The notes under the pieces are model-generated. The model made no database searches. It had not been told where the DNA came from and saw only the letters and a program-made list of their open reading frames with translations. The translations under genes were made by a program, and so were the position numbers. DNA of 64,000 nt from Flavobacteriaceae bacterium. GTDB lineage: Bacteria; Bacteroidota; Bacteroidia; Flavobacteriales; Flavobacteriaceae. The stretch is from assembly GCA_964227255.1 (NCBI GenBank), contig CAXQVI010000017.1, positions 5,840 through 69,839 on the forward strand, read 5' to 3'. This document shows, one piece after another, positions 20,705-30,223 of this stretch (position 1 is the stretch's first letter; each line of letters opens with the position of its first letter).

Positions 20705-23700
20705 TTATTTTTTGTAATGTTTTTTGAATTGGAAATAAGCTGCTGTTGCTATCACTGCAAAAATTGCTACCGTATAATATACGAATGTTGGTGTGATTGA
20801 CTGGTCTCCACTAGCATAAGAATGCAGTCCGGATAAGTAGAAATTCACTCCAAAATATGTCATTAAAATAGATGCAAAGGCGGCAACGGATAACATGTTA
20901 TAAGTGTATCTGCTCTTCAATCCAGGCACCAAGCGCACGTGTAAAACAAAAGCGTAAATCATGATACTAATCAAAGCCCATGTTTCTTTTGGATCCCATC
21001 CCCAGTAGCGACCCCAGCTTTCGTTGGCCCATTGTCCTCCTAAGAAGTTTCCAATCGACAGCATTACCAATCCAACAGTCATTGCCATTTCATTAATAAT
21101 TGTAATCTCTTTGATGGTTCCTTTTATACGCTTCTTATTATTTTTAGTCGTAAGAATCATTAGAATTAAAGCAATTAATCCCAGAATCATACTTAATGCA
21201 AATGGTCCATAACTAGCAACAATAATCGCAACATGAATCATAAGCCAATACGAATTCAATACTGGTTGCAGGTTCGCAATTTCAGGGTCCATCCAGTTCC
21301 AGTGAGCCACCATCAAAATGAACGATGTCAAGAAAGCCGTTGCTGCAATAGTCATAGATGATTTACGTCCGAATGCTAACCCAAAGAACATCGTGGCCCA
21401 TGCCACATATATCATCGATTCATAGGCGTTACTCCAAGGAGCATGTCCACTCACAATCCAACGAGCTATCAACCCTCCGGTGTGCGTTATGAACAAAAGC
21501 AGGATAATGGCAATACTAGCTTTAATTAAGAAATTGATAGCCTTTGATTCTTTGAAAATTTTGATGATTACAAAGAAAAACATCAATGTACCGATGTACA
21601 TATAATAACTAAACAACTTTTTGAAAATATCGTACTTGTTATATGCGATTTCTAATTCAATCTTGTCGTCACTCGGATAAACTTCAGTTCCGTACTTCTT
21701 TTGAAATTTCACGATGCCATCCACAATATCATTGGCTGTTGTGTAATCATTTGATTGACGCGCTTCAAACAAGGTTTGCATATAGATTGGTAATATTTGT
21801 CTTACAAATACTGAATCTTGTCCGTGGAAATTAGATTGAGCAACTTTGTTGTGAGACACCCAAGTGTTTTCGGCATCATTCGGAATAGGGAAGATTCTTA
21901 AAATATCTCCCGTAATTGCAGAATATAAAAGATTTACACGTCGGTCTACATTTATAATGTCTTTTTCGTATTTACTTTTAATACTGCTTTTCTGAGCTTT
22001 TTGCTGCGCTTCAGCAATTTTATAATTTCCTTTTGAATCGAAGAAATCTGCTAGTTTCGCATATTTGTCCTCATGCGGAACACCTAATACATCTCTCAAT
22101 TCTGTATTTCCTCTTTCCAAATAAATAATAGGAACCTGAAACCATAATCGTGGATTTTGCTGAATTGATAAAAACACCTGAGTAGCCGAAAAATCGCGGT
22201 AGGTATCTTGTTTACTCACCTTGCGTAATAGTTGTGAAGCGTAAGTATGTACAGGCTTCATTCTACCACCAGCATCCTGAATAACAACCTTACTAAATTC
22301 TTCAGCATGAATGGCGCTAATTGGATTTTGTTGTAAAAGTGAATCTACATTTATTGGTTTGATCCTATGATTGTGATCTTCCTGAGCAAAAGAACCACCT
22401 GCAAATAGCAATACTGCTATAATTGACACGACCTTTTTGTTTCTCATTTTATCGAGGCTTTTTCTCAAGAAATCGAATCTCGTTTTTGGCATGAATAAGA
22501 TTAGCATAAGTCCGGCATACAATAAAAAGTATCCTAAATAGGTAATGGTAGTTCCCCAGAAATCGTAATTAACCGAGAGGTGTGTCTCTTCATATTCCGG
22601 AGTAATATTATAACTCGACTGGAAGAATTTATAACCTTTATAATTTAAAATATGGTTCATGTAAATTCTAAAGTCGAATGTTTCTGAAGGATCTATTACG
22701 GTAACTTCACTTGCATACGACATGGCACTTTCTGAACCTGGGTATTTCTCCAGTTGGAAATCATTTAATTTCACACTAAATGGCAATTGTAATTGCAATG
22801 CTCCATAATTCATTCTGAAGTTATATCCACCTACTGAAAATTGTGTTGGAGGTTGAATTGCAAATTTTTGTCCCTTAAGCTTTATGTTTTCAGTCTGACC
22901 ATTTACCGTAACGTCAAACTCTAATTGAGCATTTTGGGAGGTGTCTTTATCCCCTCTAACGGTTCTGTAGGCACCTTTTACAGGCAAACCAGGCACTACA
23001 AATTGCAGCCCTGCAATATTATGAACAGCGAGGATTGAGAAGTCCTGAACGGAGTCTTTCGAAATACTGCCTTTAAACTGATCAGCCATTCTAAAGAAAT
23101 CACCATCAACACCAGTTTGTATACTTAATCCATTTTCAGTGGTTTTAATATCGATGGTATTTCGGGTGGCTGCATCAAAGCCTACAGATACTCCGTGAAC
23201 AATTTCAGTGGTACCCCTCTGAATGTAATGGTCGTGTCTTGACCCTCCGGATTCGACAAATTTTAAATATTCAATACCATCCTCTGATTCTTCAAAAACA
23301 TCTTGAGCATTTGGAATATAGTTTGTCAATTCAATATCGATGTCCGTTCCCTTGAATTCAGTATTTATTGAAAAGTCATTTTTACCTAAAGCAGAAAATA
23401 AAACTTCCTCATAAATTGGTGTTTTTTGAACATTTCCATCGTTTATTACAACCGATATATAATTAGTTTCTGATAAGAATTTGTCGGTAGCTTGACCTTC
23501 TTTAATGGGCATAATTCCTTCGTAGCTCACATAGCGAGTAATTCCGGCACCAACAATTATAAAAATAAAGGAAAGGTGAAATGCGAGCACCACCCATTTT
23601 TCTTTACGATACAATCTGTATTTAAATATATTTCCAAAAAAATTAACAGCAAATAAAATCATTATTGCTTCGAACCACCTAGCATTATATACCAATGCTT

Positions 23701-23821
23701 TCGCAGTCTCGGTTCCATAGTCATTCTCAATAAACGTTGCGATTCCCATTGCAGCAGCAAAAAGGATAAATAAAACAGCCATTAACTTGGTTGAATAGAG
23801 ATAGGACAGAAATTTATTCAT
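20705..23821 (-). CDS. ccsBA: cytochrome c biogenesis system II protein, fused ResB(CcsB)-CcsA
   Basis: ResB-like N-terminal part and a large soluble domain. The C-terminal polytopic CcsA part carries the Trp-rich haem-handling motif WGRYWGWDPKETW. The ATG at 23821 (MNKFLSYLYSTK) is preferred to the TTG at 23854. Confidence 0.9.
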   Translation of the reverse strand: MNKFLSYLYSTKLMAVLFILFAAAMGIATFIENDYGTETAKALVYNARWFEAIMILFAVNFFGNIFKYRLYRKEKWVVLAFHLSFIFIIVGAGITRYVSYEGIMPIKEGQATDKFLSETNYISVVINDGNVQKTPIYEEVLFSALGKNDFSINTEFKGTDIDIELTNYIPNAQDVFEESEDGIEYLKFVESGGSRHDHYIQRGTTEIVHGVSVGFDAATRNTIDIKTTENGLSIQTGVDGDFFRMADQFKGSISKDSVQDFSILAVHNIAGLQFVVPGLPVKGAYRTVRGDKDTSQNAQLEFDVTVNGQTENIKLKGQKFAIQPPTQFSVGGYNFRMNYGALQLQLPFSVKLNDFQLEKYPGSESAMSYASEVTVIDPSETFDFRIYMNHILNYKGYKFFQSSYNITPEYEETHLSVNYDFWGTTITYLGYFLLYAGLMLILFMPKTRFDFLRKSLDKMRNKKVVSIIAVLLFAGGSFAQEDHNHRIKPINVDSLLQQNPISAIHAEEFSKVVIQDAGGRMKPVHTYASQLLRKVSKQDTYRDFSATQVFLSIQQNPRLWFQVPIIYLERGNTELRDVLGVPHEDKYAKLADFFDSKGNYKIAEAQQKAQKSSIKSKYEKDIINVDRRVNLLYSAITGDILRIFPIPNDAENTWVSHNKVAQSNFHGQDSVFVRQILPIYMQTLFEARQSNDYTTANDIVDGIVKFQKKYGTEVYPSDDKIELEIAYNKYDIFKKLFSYYMYIGTLMFFFVIIKIFKESKAINFLIKASIAIILLLFITHTGGLIARWIVSGHAPWSNAYESMIYVAWATMFFGLAFGRKSSMTIAATAFLTSFILMVAHWNWMDPEIANLQPVLNSYWLMIHVAIIVASYGPFALSMILGLIALILMILTTKNNKKRIKGTIKEITIINEMAMTVGLVMLSIGNFLGGQWANESWGRYWGWDPKETWALISIMIYAFVLHVRLVPGLKSRYTYNMLSVAAFASILMTYFGVNFYLSGLHSYASGDQSITPTFVYYTVAIFAVIATAAYFQFKKHYKK

Positions 23822-24177
23822 TCTTGGAGTTTTAGTTAATAGTTTAGTCAGCAAAAATAACTATAAATGTTAGATTTTACTGATTGTTTGATAAAATTTG
23901 GTTGTAAAATGATGTTAAATTTTTAATATTCAAGACAGAAGTATTTTTCAACATTCAAATTAATGCTATGCTTCAGAAATTTTGACACTTATCATTTTGA
24001 TTTGTATTGATTATTTGTAAATTCACCACTCTTAAAATTAAAAATGAAGGACACGAATACATATATTTTATTTCGTTTTATATACATGAATAAAAAACGT
24101 CCTGAGTGCTATAGTCCTGAGCTATAGTCAATCCTTACTTATTATCTCTTTTTTTAACAATTTAAAATTTTTTAGAT

Positions 24178-25554
24178 ATGGAATTACCATATGCTGAACC
24201 GTATAAAATAAAAATGGTTGAGTCTATTAAGCGCTCGACTCAAGAACAACGCAAACACTGGATTAAGGACGCAGATTATAACCTCTTTAATTTGTCTTCT
24301 AACAAAGTGTTTATCGATTTGTTAACCGACTCAGGTACTGGAGCTATGAGCGATAAACAGTGGGCTGAAATGATGATCGGGGATGAAAGTTATGCAGGAT
24401 CTTCATCCTTTGAAAAGTTAAAAGCAACTGTAAAAAAGATTACAGGATTTGAGTATTTCCTGCCTACTCATCAGGGACGAGCGGCAGAAAATGTCTTGTT
24501 CTCAACTCTAATTAAAGATGGAGATCTAGTGCCTGGAAATTCACATTTCGACACTACCAAAGGTCATATAGAATTTAGAAAAGCAAAAGCCATCGATTGC
24601 ACTATAGATGAAGCTTTTGATACCTCAATTTACCATCCATTCAAGGGAAATATTGATTTGAAAAAGCTTGAAAATGTTTTCAAAGCAAATCCTGATAAAA
24701 GAATTCCGTTTGTTGTTCTAACGATCACTTGTAATAGTGCCGGTGGACAACCTGTCTCTATGGAAAATGTAAGCGCTGTATCAGCATTGTGCAAGTCGTA
24801 CAACATTCCATTGTATTTCGATGCTGCCCGTTTTGCTGAGAATGCTTATTTCATAAAAAAAAGAGAAGAGGGCTATGCGGACAAAACGATTAAAGAAATT
24901 GTTAAGGAATTTTTCTCTTTTGGAGAAGGTATGACCATGAGTGCTAAAAAAGATGGCTTGGTGAATATGGGGGGATTTATTGCTCTGAATAGCGAAGCTG
25001 TGTTCAAGGAAGCGACTGTTTTTAATATCATGTACGAAGGATTTATCACTTATGGTGGAATGAATGGTCGTGATATGGGAGCACTGGCTGTAGGATTGGA
25101 CGAAGCTACGGAAGTGAATTATTTGGAGAGTCGGGTTGAACAGGTTGCATATCTTGGAAAAAGGCTGGTGGAATATGGAGTTCCTGTACAGCAACCGTTT
25201 GGAGGACATGCGATTTTCTTAGATGCGAATAAATTTGTTCCAACCATACCAAGAGATGAATATAGAGCTCAGGCATTGGCTATCGAGTTGTATATCGTTG
25301 GTGGAATAAGAGGAGTAGAAATCGGAACTGTTTTGGCAGATAGGGACCCAGAGACTCGCGAAAACAGGTATCCGGAACTAGAGCTAGTGCGACTGGCAAT
25401 TCCAAGAAGAACTTACACGGATAATCATATGGATTTTATTGCGGCAGCGTTAAAAAATATTTATGATACAAGAAAAGATGCAAAATCTGGTTACATTATA
25501 AAAGAAGAAGCACCAATTATGCGACATTTTACTGTGAAATTCGAGAAAATTTAA
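24178..25554 (+). CDS. tnaA: tryptophanase (tryptophan indole-lyase)
   Basis: DLLTDSGTGAMS, HFDTTKGH, ITCNSAGGQPVS, ARFAENAYFIK and the PLP-lysine context SAKKDGLVNMGG match the TnaA versions of these motifs rather than the tyrosine phenol-lyase versions. Confidence 0.88.
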   Translation: MELPYAEPYKIKMVESIKRSTQEQRKHWIKDADYNLFNLSSNKVFIDLLTDSGTGAMSDKQWAEMMIGDESYAGSSSFEKLKATVKKITGFEYFLPTHQGRAAENVLFSTLIKDGDLVPGNSHFDTTKGHIEFRKAKAIDCTIDEAFDTSIYHPFKGNIDLKKLENVFKANPDKRIPFVVLTITCNSAGGQPVSMENVSAVSALCKSYNIPLYFDAARFAENAYFIKKREEGYADKTIKEIVKEFFSFGEGMTMSAKKDGLVNMGGFIALNSEAVFKEATVFNIMYEGFITYGGMNGRDMGALAVGLDEATEVNYLESRVEQVAYLGKRLVEYGVPVQQPFGGHAIFLDANKFVPTIPRDEYRAQALAIELYIVGGIRGVEIGTVLADRDPETRENRYPELELVRLAIPRRTYTDNHMDFIAAALKNIYDTRKDAKSGYIIKEEAPIMRHFTVKFEKI

Positions 25555-25602
25555 TACTCTTTACTCCTTTTTTTTATACATTTGCCGTAAATAAGTGAGT
25601 CT

Positions 25603-26055
25603 ATGTTATCAAGAGCAAGTAAGTATGCTATTTTATCGGTGTTGTATTTGGCAGCCGAATCCAGCGAATCTAAGAAGATTAACGTAAAGGAGATCGCTGA
25701 AAATTTAGATGTTCCAAGCCCTTTTTTGGCAAAATTATTCCAGCAGTTAGTTCGTGAAAAGGTTATCTCTTCTACGAAGGGGCCAAGAGGAGGTTTTTAT
25801 TTGTCTAAGCGTAATTCTAAAAAGAGAGTTATCGACGTAATTGCAGCTATTGATGGATTAGATAAACTGGAAGAATGTTTCTTAGGGTTGAACGAATGTG
25901 ATTCTTCACATCCTTGTCCGGTGCATTTTATTGTGAAGCCATTTAAGGACCAGATTCTAAGTAAATTTAGAGATAAAACAATCATTGAATTCGTAGAAGA
26001 AATTAAAGAGCAAGGTCGAGTTCTTAAGTTAAAAGATCTTGAAGTTTCTGAGTAA
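25603..26055 (+). CDS. Rrf2-family transcriptional regulator with Cys triad (possible Fe-S sensor)
   Basis: MLSRASKYAILSVLYLA wHTH start and a C-x6-C-x5-C cluster (ECFLGLNECDSSHPCPVH). Confidence 0.85.
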   Translation: MLSRASKYAILSVLYLAAESSESKKINVKEIAENLDVPSPFLAKLFQQLVREKVISSTKGPRGGFYLSKRNSKKRVIDVIAAIDGLDKLEECFLGLNECDSSHPCPVHFIVKPFKDQILSKFRDKTIIEFVEEIKEQGRVLKLKDLEVSE

Positions 26056-26078
26056 GAATTTATTAACATATTAAATAG

Positions 26079-26107
26079 AGGCATTGAATTTTCAATGCCT
26101 TTTTTTA
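26079..26107 (+). terminator. intrinsic terminator after Rrf2 gene
   Basis: AGGCATTGA-atttt-CAATGCCT followed by T7. Confidence 0.7.
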
Positions 26108-26227
26108 TTGTTTCGTACCAAATATTTGGTATTGGAATTGTTCTTGAATTACAGATTCAGATGTGTAGGTGGTTATAGTGCCTATTGAGTAAGTTATTGT
26201 AAATTTATAGTGATAAAAAAGAAATAA

Positions 26228-28096
26228 ATGGCACGTAAGTTATTAATGGTAGCTATTGTACTGACAGGTATAGTGGCAACATCCTGCAAAGAAGAAGTTA
26301 AGAAAGAACCTAAACTTGCCTTCGAAGAAGCTCCAGAGTGGTCTCAGGAGGCTGTATGGTACCAGGTTTTTGTGGAACGATTTAGAAATGGAGATACTTC
26401 TAATGATCCGACTTTGGAAGATGTAAACACTTCTTACCCATATCAATTCCCTGAAAATTGGGAGGTAAGTAAATGGGACAGTCAATGGTTTAAGTTGAAT
26501 CCATGGGAAGAGGATTTCTATGAAGGAGATTTCTATACTGCAGTGCAATCGCGGCGTTATGGTGGCGACTTGCAAGGGCTATTGGAGAAGCTTGATTATT
26601 TAGCGGATCTAGGTATTACTGCCTTATACATTAACCCGGTGAACTACTCACCATCGCTTCATAAGTTTGACGCTACAGATTATGCGCACGTGGATCCGAC
26701 TTTCGGACCAGATCCGGAAGGGGATAGTGCTTTGATGAAGACCGAAAATCCATTAGACCCGAGCACCTGGGTATGGACTGAAGCAGATAAGTTATTTGTA
26801 AAAGTAATAGATGAAGCGCACAAAAGAAACATGCGAGTTGTATTGGATTACTCATGGAATCATACTGGAGTTGATCACATATTCTGGAAGGATATTTTAG
26901 AGAATCAACAGAATTCTCCTTATGCCGATTTCTATGAAATCGATGCTTGGGATGATCCTGCAACTGAAGAAAATGAATTTGCATATACAGGTTGGGCTGG
27001 TGTAAGTGGAATGCCTGAGTTGAAAAAAGTTGATGTAGTCGATCGCCCTGGTCATGGATTGCCATATGAAGGAAATATTCATCCTAAGGTGAAAGAATAC
27101 ATTTTTAATGTTTCTAAGAAATGGATGGACCCACTTGGAAATGGAGATGTTTCCAAAGGTTTAGACGGATACCGTTTGGATGTCGCTGATCAAATCGGAT
27201 TAGACTTCTGGAGAGAGTATCGAACATTCGTACGTTCTGTAAACCCGGAAATGTACTTAATCGGTGAAATCTGGTGGGAAGAATGGCCAGATAAACTAAT
27301 GGACCCAAGACCTTATATGCAAGGCGATATTTTTGATGCAGTCATGCACTACCAATGGTACAAGCCAGCACGTAGATATTTTGCAAACGCAAATGGAGGA
27401 TATGCACCAAGTGAATTTGTGAATCAAATGAAATCTGTTTTTGAAGGATACCCAGAGTATTCTAAAAAAGCAATGATGAACATGTCATCTTCACACGATG
27501 CACCTCGTTTAGGGACTTCTTTCTATAACAAGAACCCATACAAGAATATGACGCGTGATACATACAAGTTTAACAAACCGGATGCAGGTGCCTGGGAAGC
27601 TGTAAAGTTGTTTTTAGTACATCAATATACTTACATCGGATCACCCCAGATTTGGCAAGGTGACGAAATGGGAATGTGGGGAGGAGATGATCCAGACGAC
27701 AGAAAACCATTATTGTGGAAGGAGTTTGAATTTGAGTCAGAAGATAGAAATGGATTTGAGCAATACGACTTTATTGATGAGGTGAAATTTGATGAAGAAT
27801 TGTTTAACTACTATAAAGAATTAATTGCCATTAGAAAAGCAAATCCAACTTTAATTCACGGATCAGTTTCTTTCGATATTATTGATGATGCTAATAATAT
27901 ATTAGGATATTCAAGAGCGTTTGAAGGAGAAAAGATTTTTGTCGTATTCAATATGGGTAAAACTGCTCAGAATATTAGTTTGAAAACTTCAAAAACTGAT
28001 GAAATGAGCGATTTACTTAGTGAATCAAAATTCTTTGCTGAAAATGGAAAATTGAATTTTAAACTGGAAGGGAAAACAGCAGTCATACTAAAATAG
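26228..28096 (+). CDS. GH13 alpha-amylase-family lipoprotein
   Basis: Lipobox VATSC and the four GH13 conserved regions: DYSWNHTG, GYRLDVADQ, IGEIWWE and SSHDAPR. Confidence 0.9.
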   Translation: MARKLLMVAIVLTGIVATSCKEEVKKEPKLAFEEAPEWSQEAVWYQVFVERFRNGDTSNDPTLEDVNTSYPYQFPENWEVSKWDSQWFKLNPWEEDFYEGDFYTAVQSRRYGGDLQGLLEKLDYLADLGITALYINPVNYSPSLHKFDATDYAHVDPTFGPDPEGDSALMKTENPLDPSTWVWTEADKLFVKVIDEAHKRNMRVVLDYSWNHTGVDHIFWKDILENQQNSPYADFYEIDAWDDPATEENEFAYTGWAGVSGMPELKKVDVVDRPGHGLPYEGNIHPKVKEYIFNVSKKWMDPLGNGDVSKGLDGYRLDVADQIGLDFWREYRTFVRSVNPEMYLIGEIWWEEWPDKLMDPRPYMQGDIFDAVMHYQWYKPARRYFANANGGYAPSEFVNQMKSVFEGYPEYSKKAMMNMSSSHDAPRLGTSFYNKNPYKNMTRDTYKFNKPDAGAWEAVKLFLVHQYTYIGSPQIWQGDEMGMWGGDDPDDRKPLLWKEFEFESEDRNGFEQYDFIDEVKFDEELFNYYKELIAIRKANPTLIHGSVSFDIIDDANNILGYSRAFEGEKIFVVFNMGKTAQNISLKTSKTDEMSDLLSESKFFAENGKLNFKLEGKTAVILK

Positions 28097-28158
28097 TAGT
28101 AAAAATTTTGAGAAGGTCGGCTAGTGATGCGGGCCTTTTTTTTAATTAAAAATAATTT

Positions 28159-28188
28159 AAGACTAATTAGTCTTTTTTTGTATATTTG
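28159..28188 (+). promoter_or_regulatory. perfect 16-bp palindrome AAGACTAATTAGTCTT followed by TATATTTG -7 box
   Basis: Palindrome at 28159-28174 and -7 box at 28181-28188, 21 nt before the ATG at 28209. It could be an operator or a second terminator hairpin for the amylase gene. Confidence 0.35.
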
Positions 28189-28208
28189 CATGATCAAAAT
28201 GAATTATA

Positions 28209-28712
28209 ATGATTATAAATAAGCAAACAACAGTAGCTGAAGTCGTTGCAAAACGATTGGGGGCAGATAAAATATTTAGTAAGTATCAAATCGATTTTTG
28301 TTGTGGTGGTGGACTGAGTTTAGAAGCTGCCTGTGCCATGCAGCAGGTTGATATGAATGTAGTAATCGAAGAAATAGAAGCGGTCAATGCTACTATTGCT
28401 TCAGAAGAAAAAGTCAGTAAGGAAATGCTGGTTAGAGTGATTCATGAAATTTCACCTTTAGCACAAAAAGTGGCATCTGTACATGGATTTGGTCATCCAG
28501 AAATGATTGGAATCAGTGACAGTGTTGAGCAGTTGATTACAGATTATGTTAAAGATGTTATCAATGATAAAAAAGTTGATGAGTTAACTGCGAAAATCAG
28601 AGTTTATGCAAATAATTTTGTATTGCCTGCAGATGCTTGTACTTCCTATTCAAATTTATTCCTAATGTTACAGCAGTTCGAAGCGGACTGGAAGACCTAT
28701 AAAAAACAATAA
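28209..28712 (+). CDS. DUF542 (ScdA N-terminal domain)-containing protein, RIC/YtfE-related
   Basis: The N-terminus VAEVVAKRLGADKIFSKYQIDFCCGGG is the ScdA_N signature. The C-terminal half is shorter than in canonical di-iron RIC proteins. Confidence 0.65.
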   Translation: MIINKQTTVAEVVAKRLGADKIFSKYQIDFCCGGGLSLEAACAMQQVDMNVVIEEIEAVNATIASEEKVSKEMLVRVIHEISPLAQKVASVHGFGHPEMIGISDSVEQLITDYVKDVINDKKVDELTAKIRVYANNFVLPADACTSYSNLFLMLQQFEADWKTYKKQ

Positions 28713-28730
28713 TCCCAAAACATATTTCTT

Positions 28731-29714
28731 ATGAATGCATTTATGCCAACAGTTGAAGAACTGCCAAAAAATCACCCTGTTCAGGTTTATTACAGAGAAA
28801 GTGAACTCATTCAGGAATTGCTTCATGAATTGTATGAAGTAGACGTTAAAGCTGATTTTCAGAGATACTACAATATTTTCAATCAATTGAGAACTATTGA
28901 TAAACGTTTTACCCGTAAGGAGAATCAATTATTTCCTTATTTGGAAAAGTATGGTTGGGAAGGTCCTAGTCAGGGAATGTGGTCGTTCCACGATAATCTG
29001 AGAGCGCAAATTCGTTTGTTGGATAAGTACAATCAAGAAAATAATTTCGATAAGATTATTGAGAATCTTCCTTTTCTAATTGAAGGTGTTAAACGTTTAT
29101 TAGTTATTGAAGACTTGCGTTTATTTCCTAATTCCATAGAATTACTTTCAGAAGACGACTGGAAAGAATTTTATGAAGGAGACCAAGAAATAGGATGGAT
29201 GTTAATTGAAATGCCAGAGCCATATCCAGCTGTTGAAAAGAAGAAAGAAGCATACGTGCATCCAAGTCAGGATTTCTCAGATAGAACACAATCGTTCTCT
29301 TTGGAAAATACCCATCATTACGACGAAGGATATATGACTCCGGATCAAGTGAATCTATTACTCCGCTTTTTGCCAGTAGACATTACTTTTGTTGATGAAA
29401 ATGATAAAGTAATTTTCTATAACAGAGGAGAGGATCGTGTGTTTCCAAGAAGCAAGGGAATTATTGGTCGTGAAGTAAAATTCTGTCACCCACCTAAGAG
29501 TGTGGATATGGTGATTCGCATTGTGGATGAATTCAGAGCAGGAACCAAAGATGTAGCCGAATTCTGGTTTAATTACAGGGGACGAGTAATACACATCAGA
29601 TATTTCGCTGTAAGAGATGATCAAAAGAATTATAGAGGAGTTATTGAGATGTCTCAGGACATAACCGACATCCAAAAACTAGAAGGTCAGAAACGTTTAC
29701 TGGATTGGGATTAG
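28731..29714 (+). CDS. DUF438/hemerythrin-like plus PAS-domain protein
   Basis: Helical hemerythrin-like N-half (KENQLFPYLEKYGWEGPSQGMWSFHD) and a PAS-like C-half (ITFVDENDKVIFYNRGEDRVFPRSKGIIGREVKFCHPPKS). Confidence 0.65.
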   Translation: MNAFMPTVEELPKNHPVQVYYRESELIQELLHELYEVDVKADFQRYYNIFNQLRTIDKRFTRKENQLFPYLEKYGWEGPSQGMWSFHDNLRAQIRLLDKYNQENNFDKIIENLPFLIEGVKRLLVIEDLRLFPNSIELLSEDDWKEFYEGDQEIGWMLIEMPEPYPAVEKKKEAYVHPSQDFSDRTQSFSLENTHHYDEGYMTPDQVNLLLRFLPVDITFVDENDKVIFYNRGEDRVFPRSKGIIGREVKFCHPPKSVDMVIRIVDEFRAGTKDVAEFWFNYRGRVIHIRYFAVRDDQKNYRGVIEMSQDITDIQKLEGQKRLLDWD

Positions 29715-29722
29715 TATTGTAG

Positions 29723-29811
29723 TCATTCCGATTGTAGCGGAGGAAGCCGAAGGTTTACAGGAGCGAATCGATTAGATTTTTACACTTCACGTCGTTTCAC
29801 TCAAAATGACA
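29723..29811. repeat. short intergenic GTCATYC...GGAAKC element bounded by GTCATT/AATGAC
   Basis: GTCATTCCGATTGTAGCGGAGGAAGCC resembles 53182-53206 (GTCATCCTCAGCTTGACTGGGAATC). The inverted ends are GTCATT at 29723 and AATGAC at 29806. Confidence 0.25.
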
Positions 29812-29902
29812 GTTTGAACACCAGCAAAAAAGAATAAAAAAATCGTGTAAATGTGATTTATGTCACTGTTTGAACGGTTTTTTGCATATACATTTGTCCA
29901 TG

Positions 29903-30021
29903 TCATTCACAAGCTAGGTTATTTAATACGATGCCTAGTTTATAAAATTGAACATTAGTTAGTAGTTTTAGTTAAGGACCAACACAGGGTATTATTTGTC
30001 AAGTGTTGGTTCTTCTTTTTT
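29903..30021 (+). ncRNA. candidate small RNA or long structured 3' UTR
   Basis: TACATTTG -7 box at 29889-29896, a 7-bp hairpin (AGCTAGG...CCTAGTT) and a strong terminator at 29976-30021. There is no ORF longer than 6 codons. Confidence 0.3.
29976..30021 (+). terminator. intrinsic terminator
   Basis: GGACCAACAC / GTGTTGGTTC 10-bp stem (one G-U pair) followed by TTCTTTTTT. Confidence 0.7.
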
Positions 30022-30185
30022 AAAGTATTGCCACTTTTTTTATCGTCAGTTGTTCTTAAAAATTTTATTCTATAACATGATTGATTATCACTTCGGTATT
30101 TCTGAATTTAAATGATAATTTGAACGATTGAACCGAACCGAATTTATAAGAAAAGATTCATTTTAAATTATTTAAAGTTGCCAAC

Positions 30186-30215
30186 TAAAAGCGGAAAAGC
30201 CATTTCCATGGCTTT
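30186..30215 (-). terminator. hairpin downstream of the peptidase gene (weak T-tract)
   Basis: AAAGCCAT-ttcc-ATGGCTTT, followed on the minus strand by TCCGCTTTT. Confidence 0.4.
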
Positions 30216-30223
30216 CCTTTTAA

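Noticed and set aside
24044-24127. Interpreting the tnaA upstream mini-ORF as a TnaC-type tryptophan-sensing leader peptide.
   Set aside because: The peptide contains no Trp and lacks the W-x3-D-x7-P spacing of TnaC. It is kept only as a positional observation in the findings.
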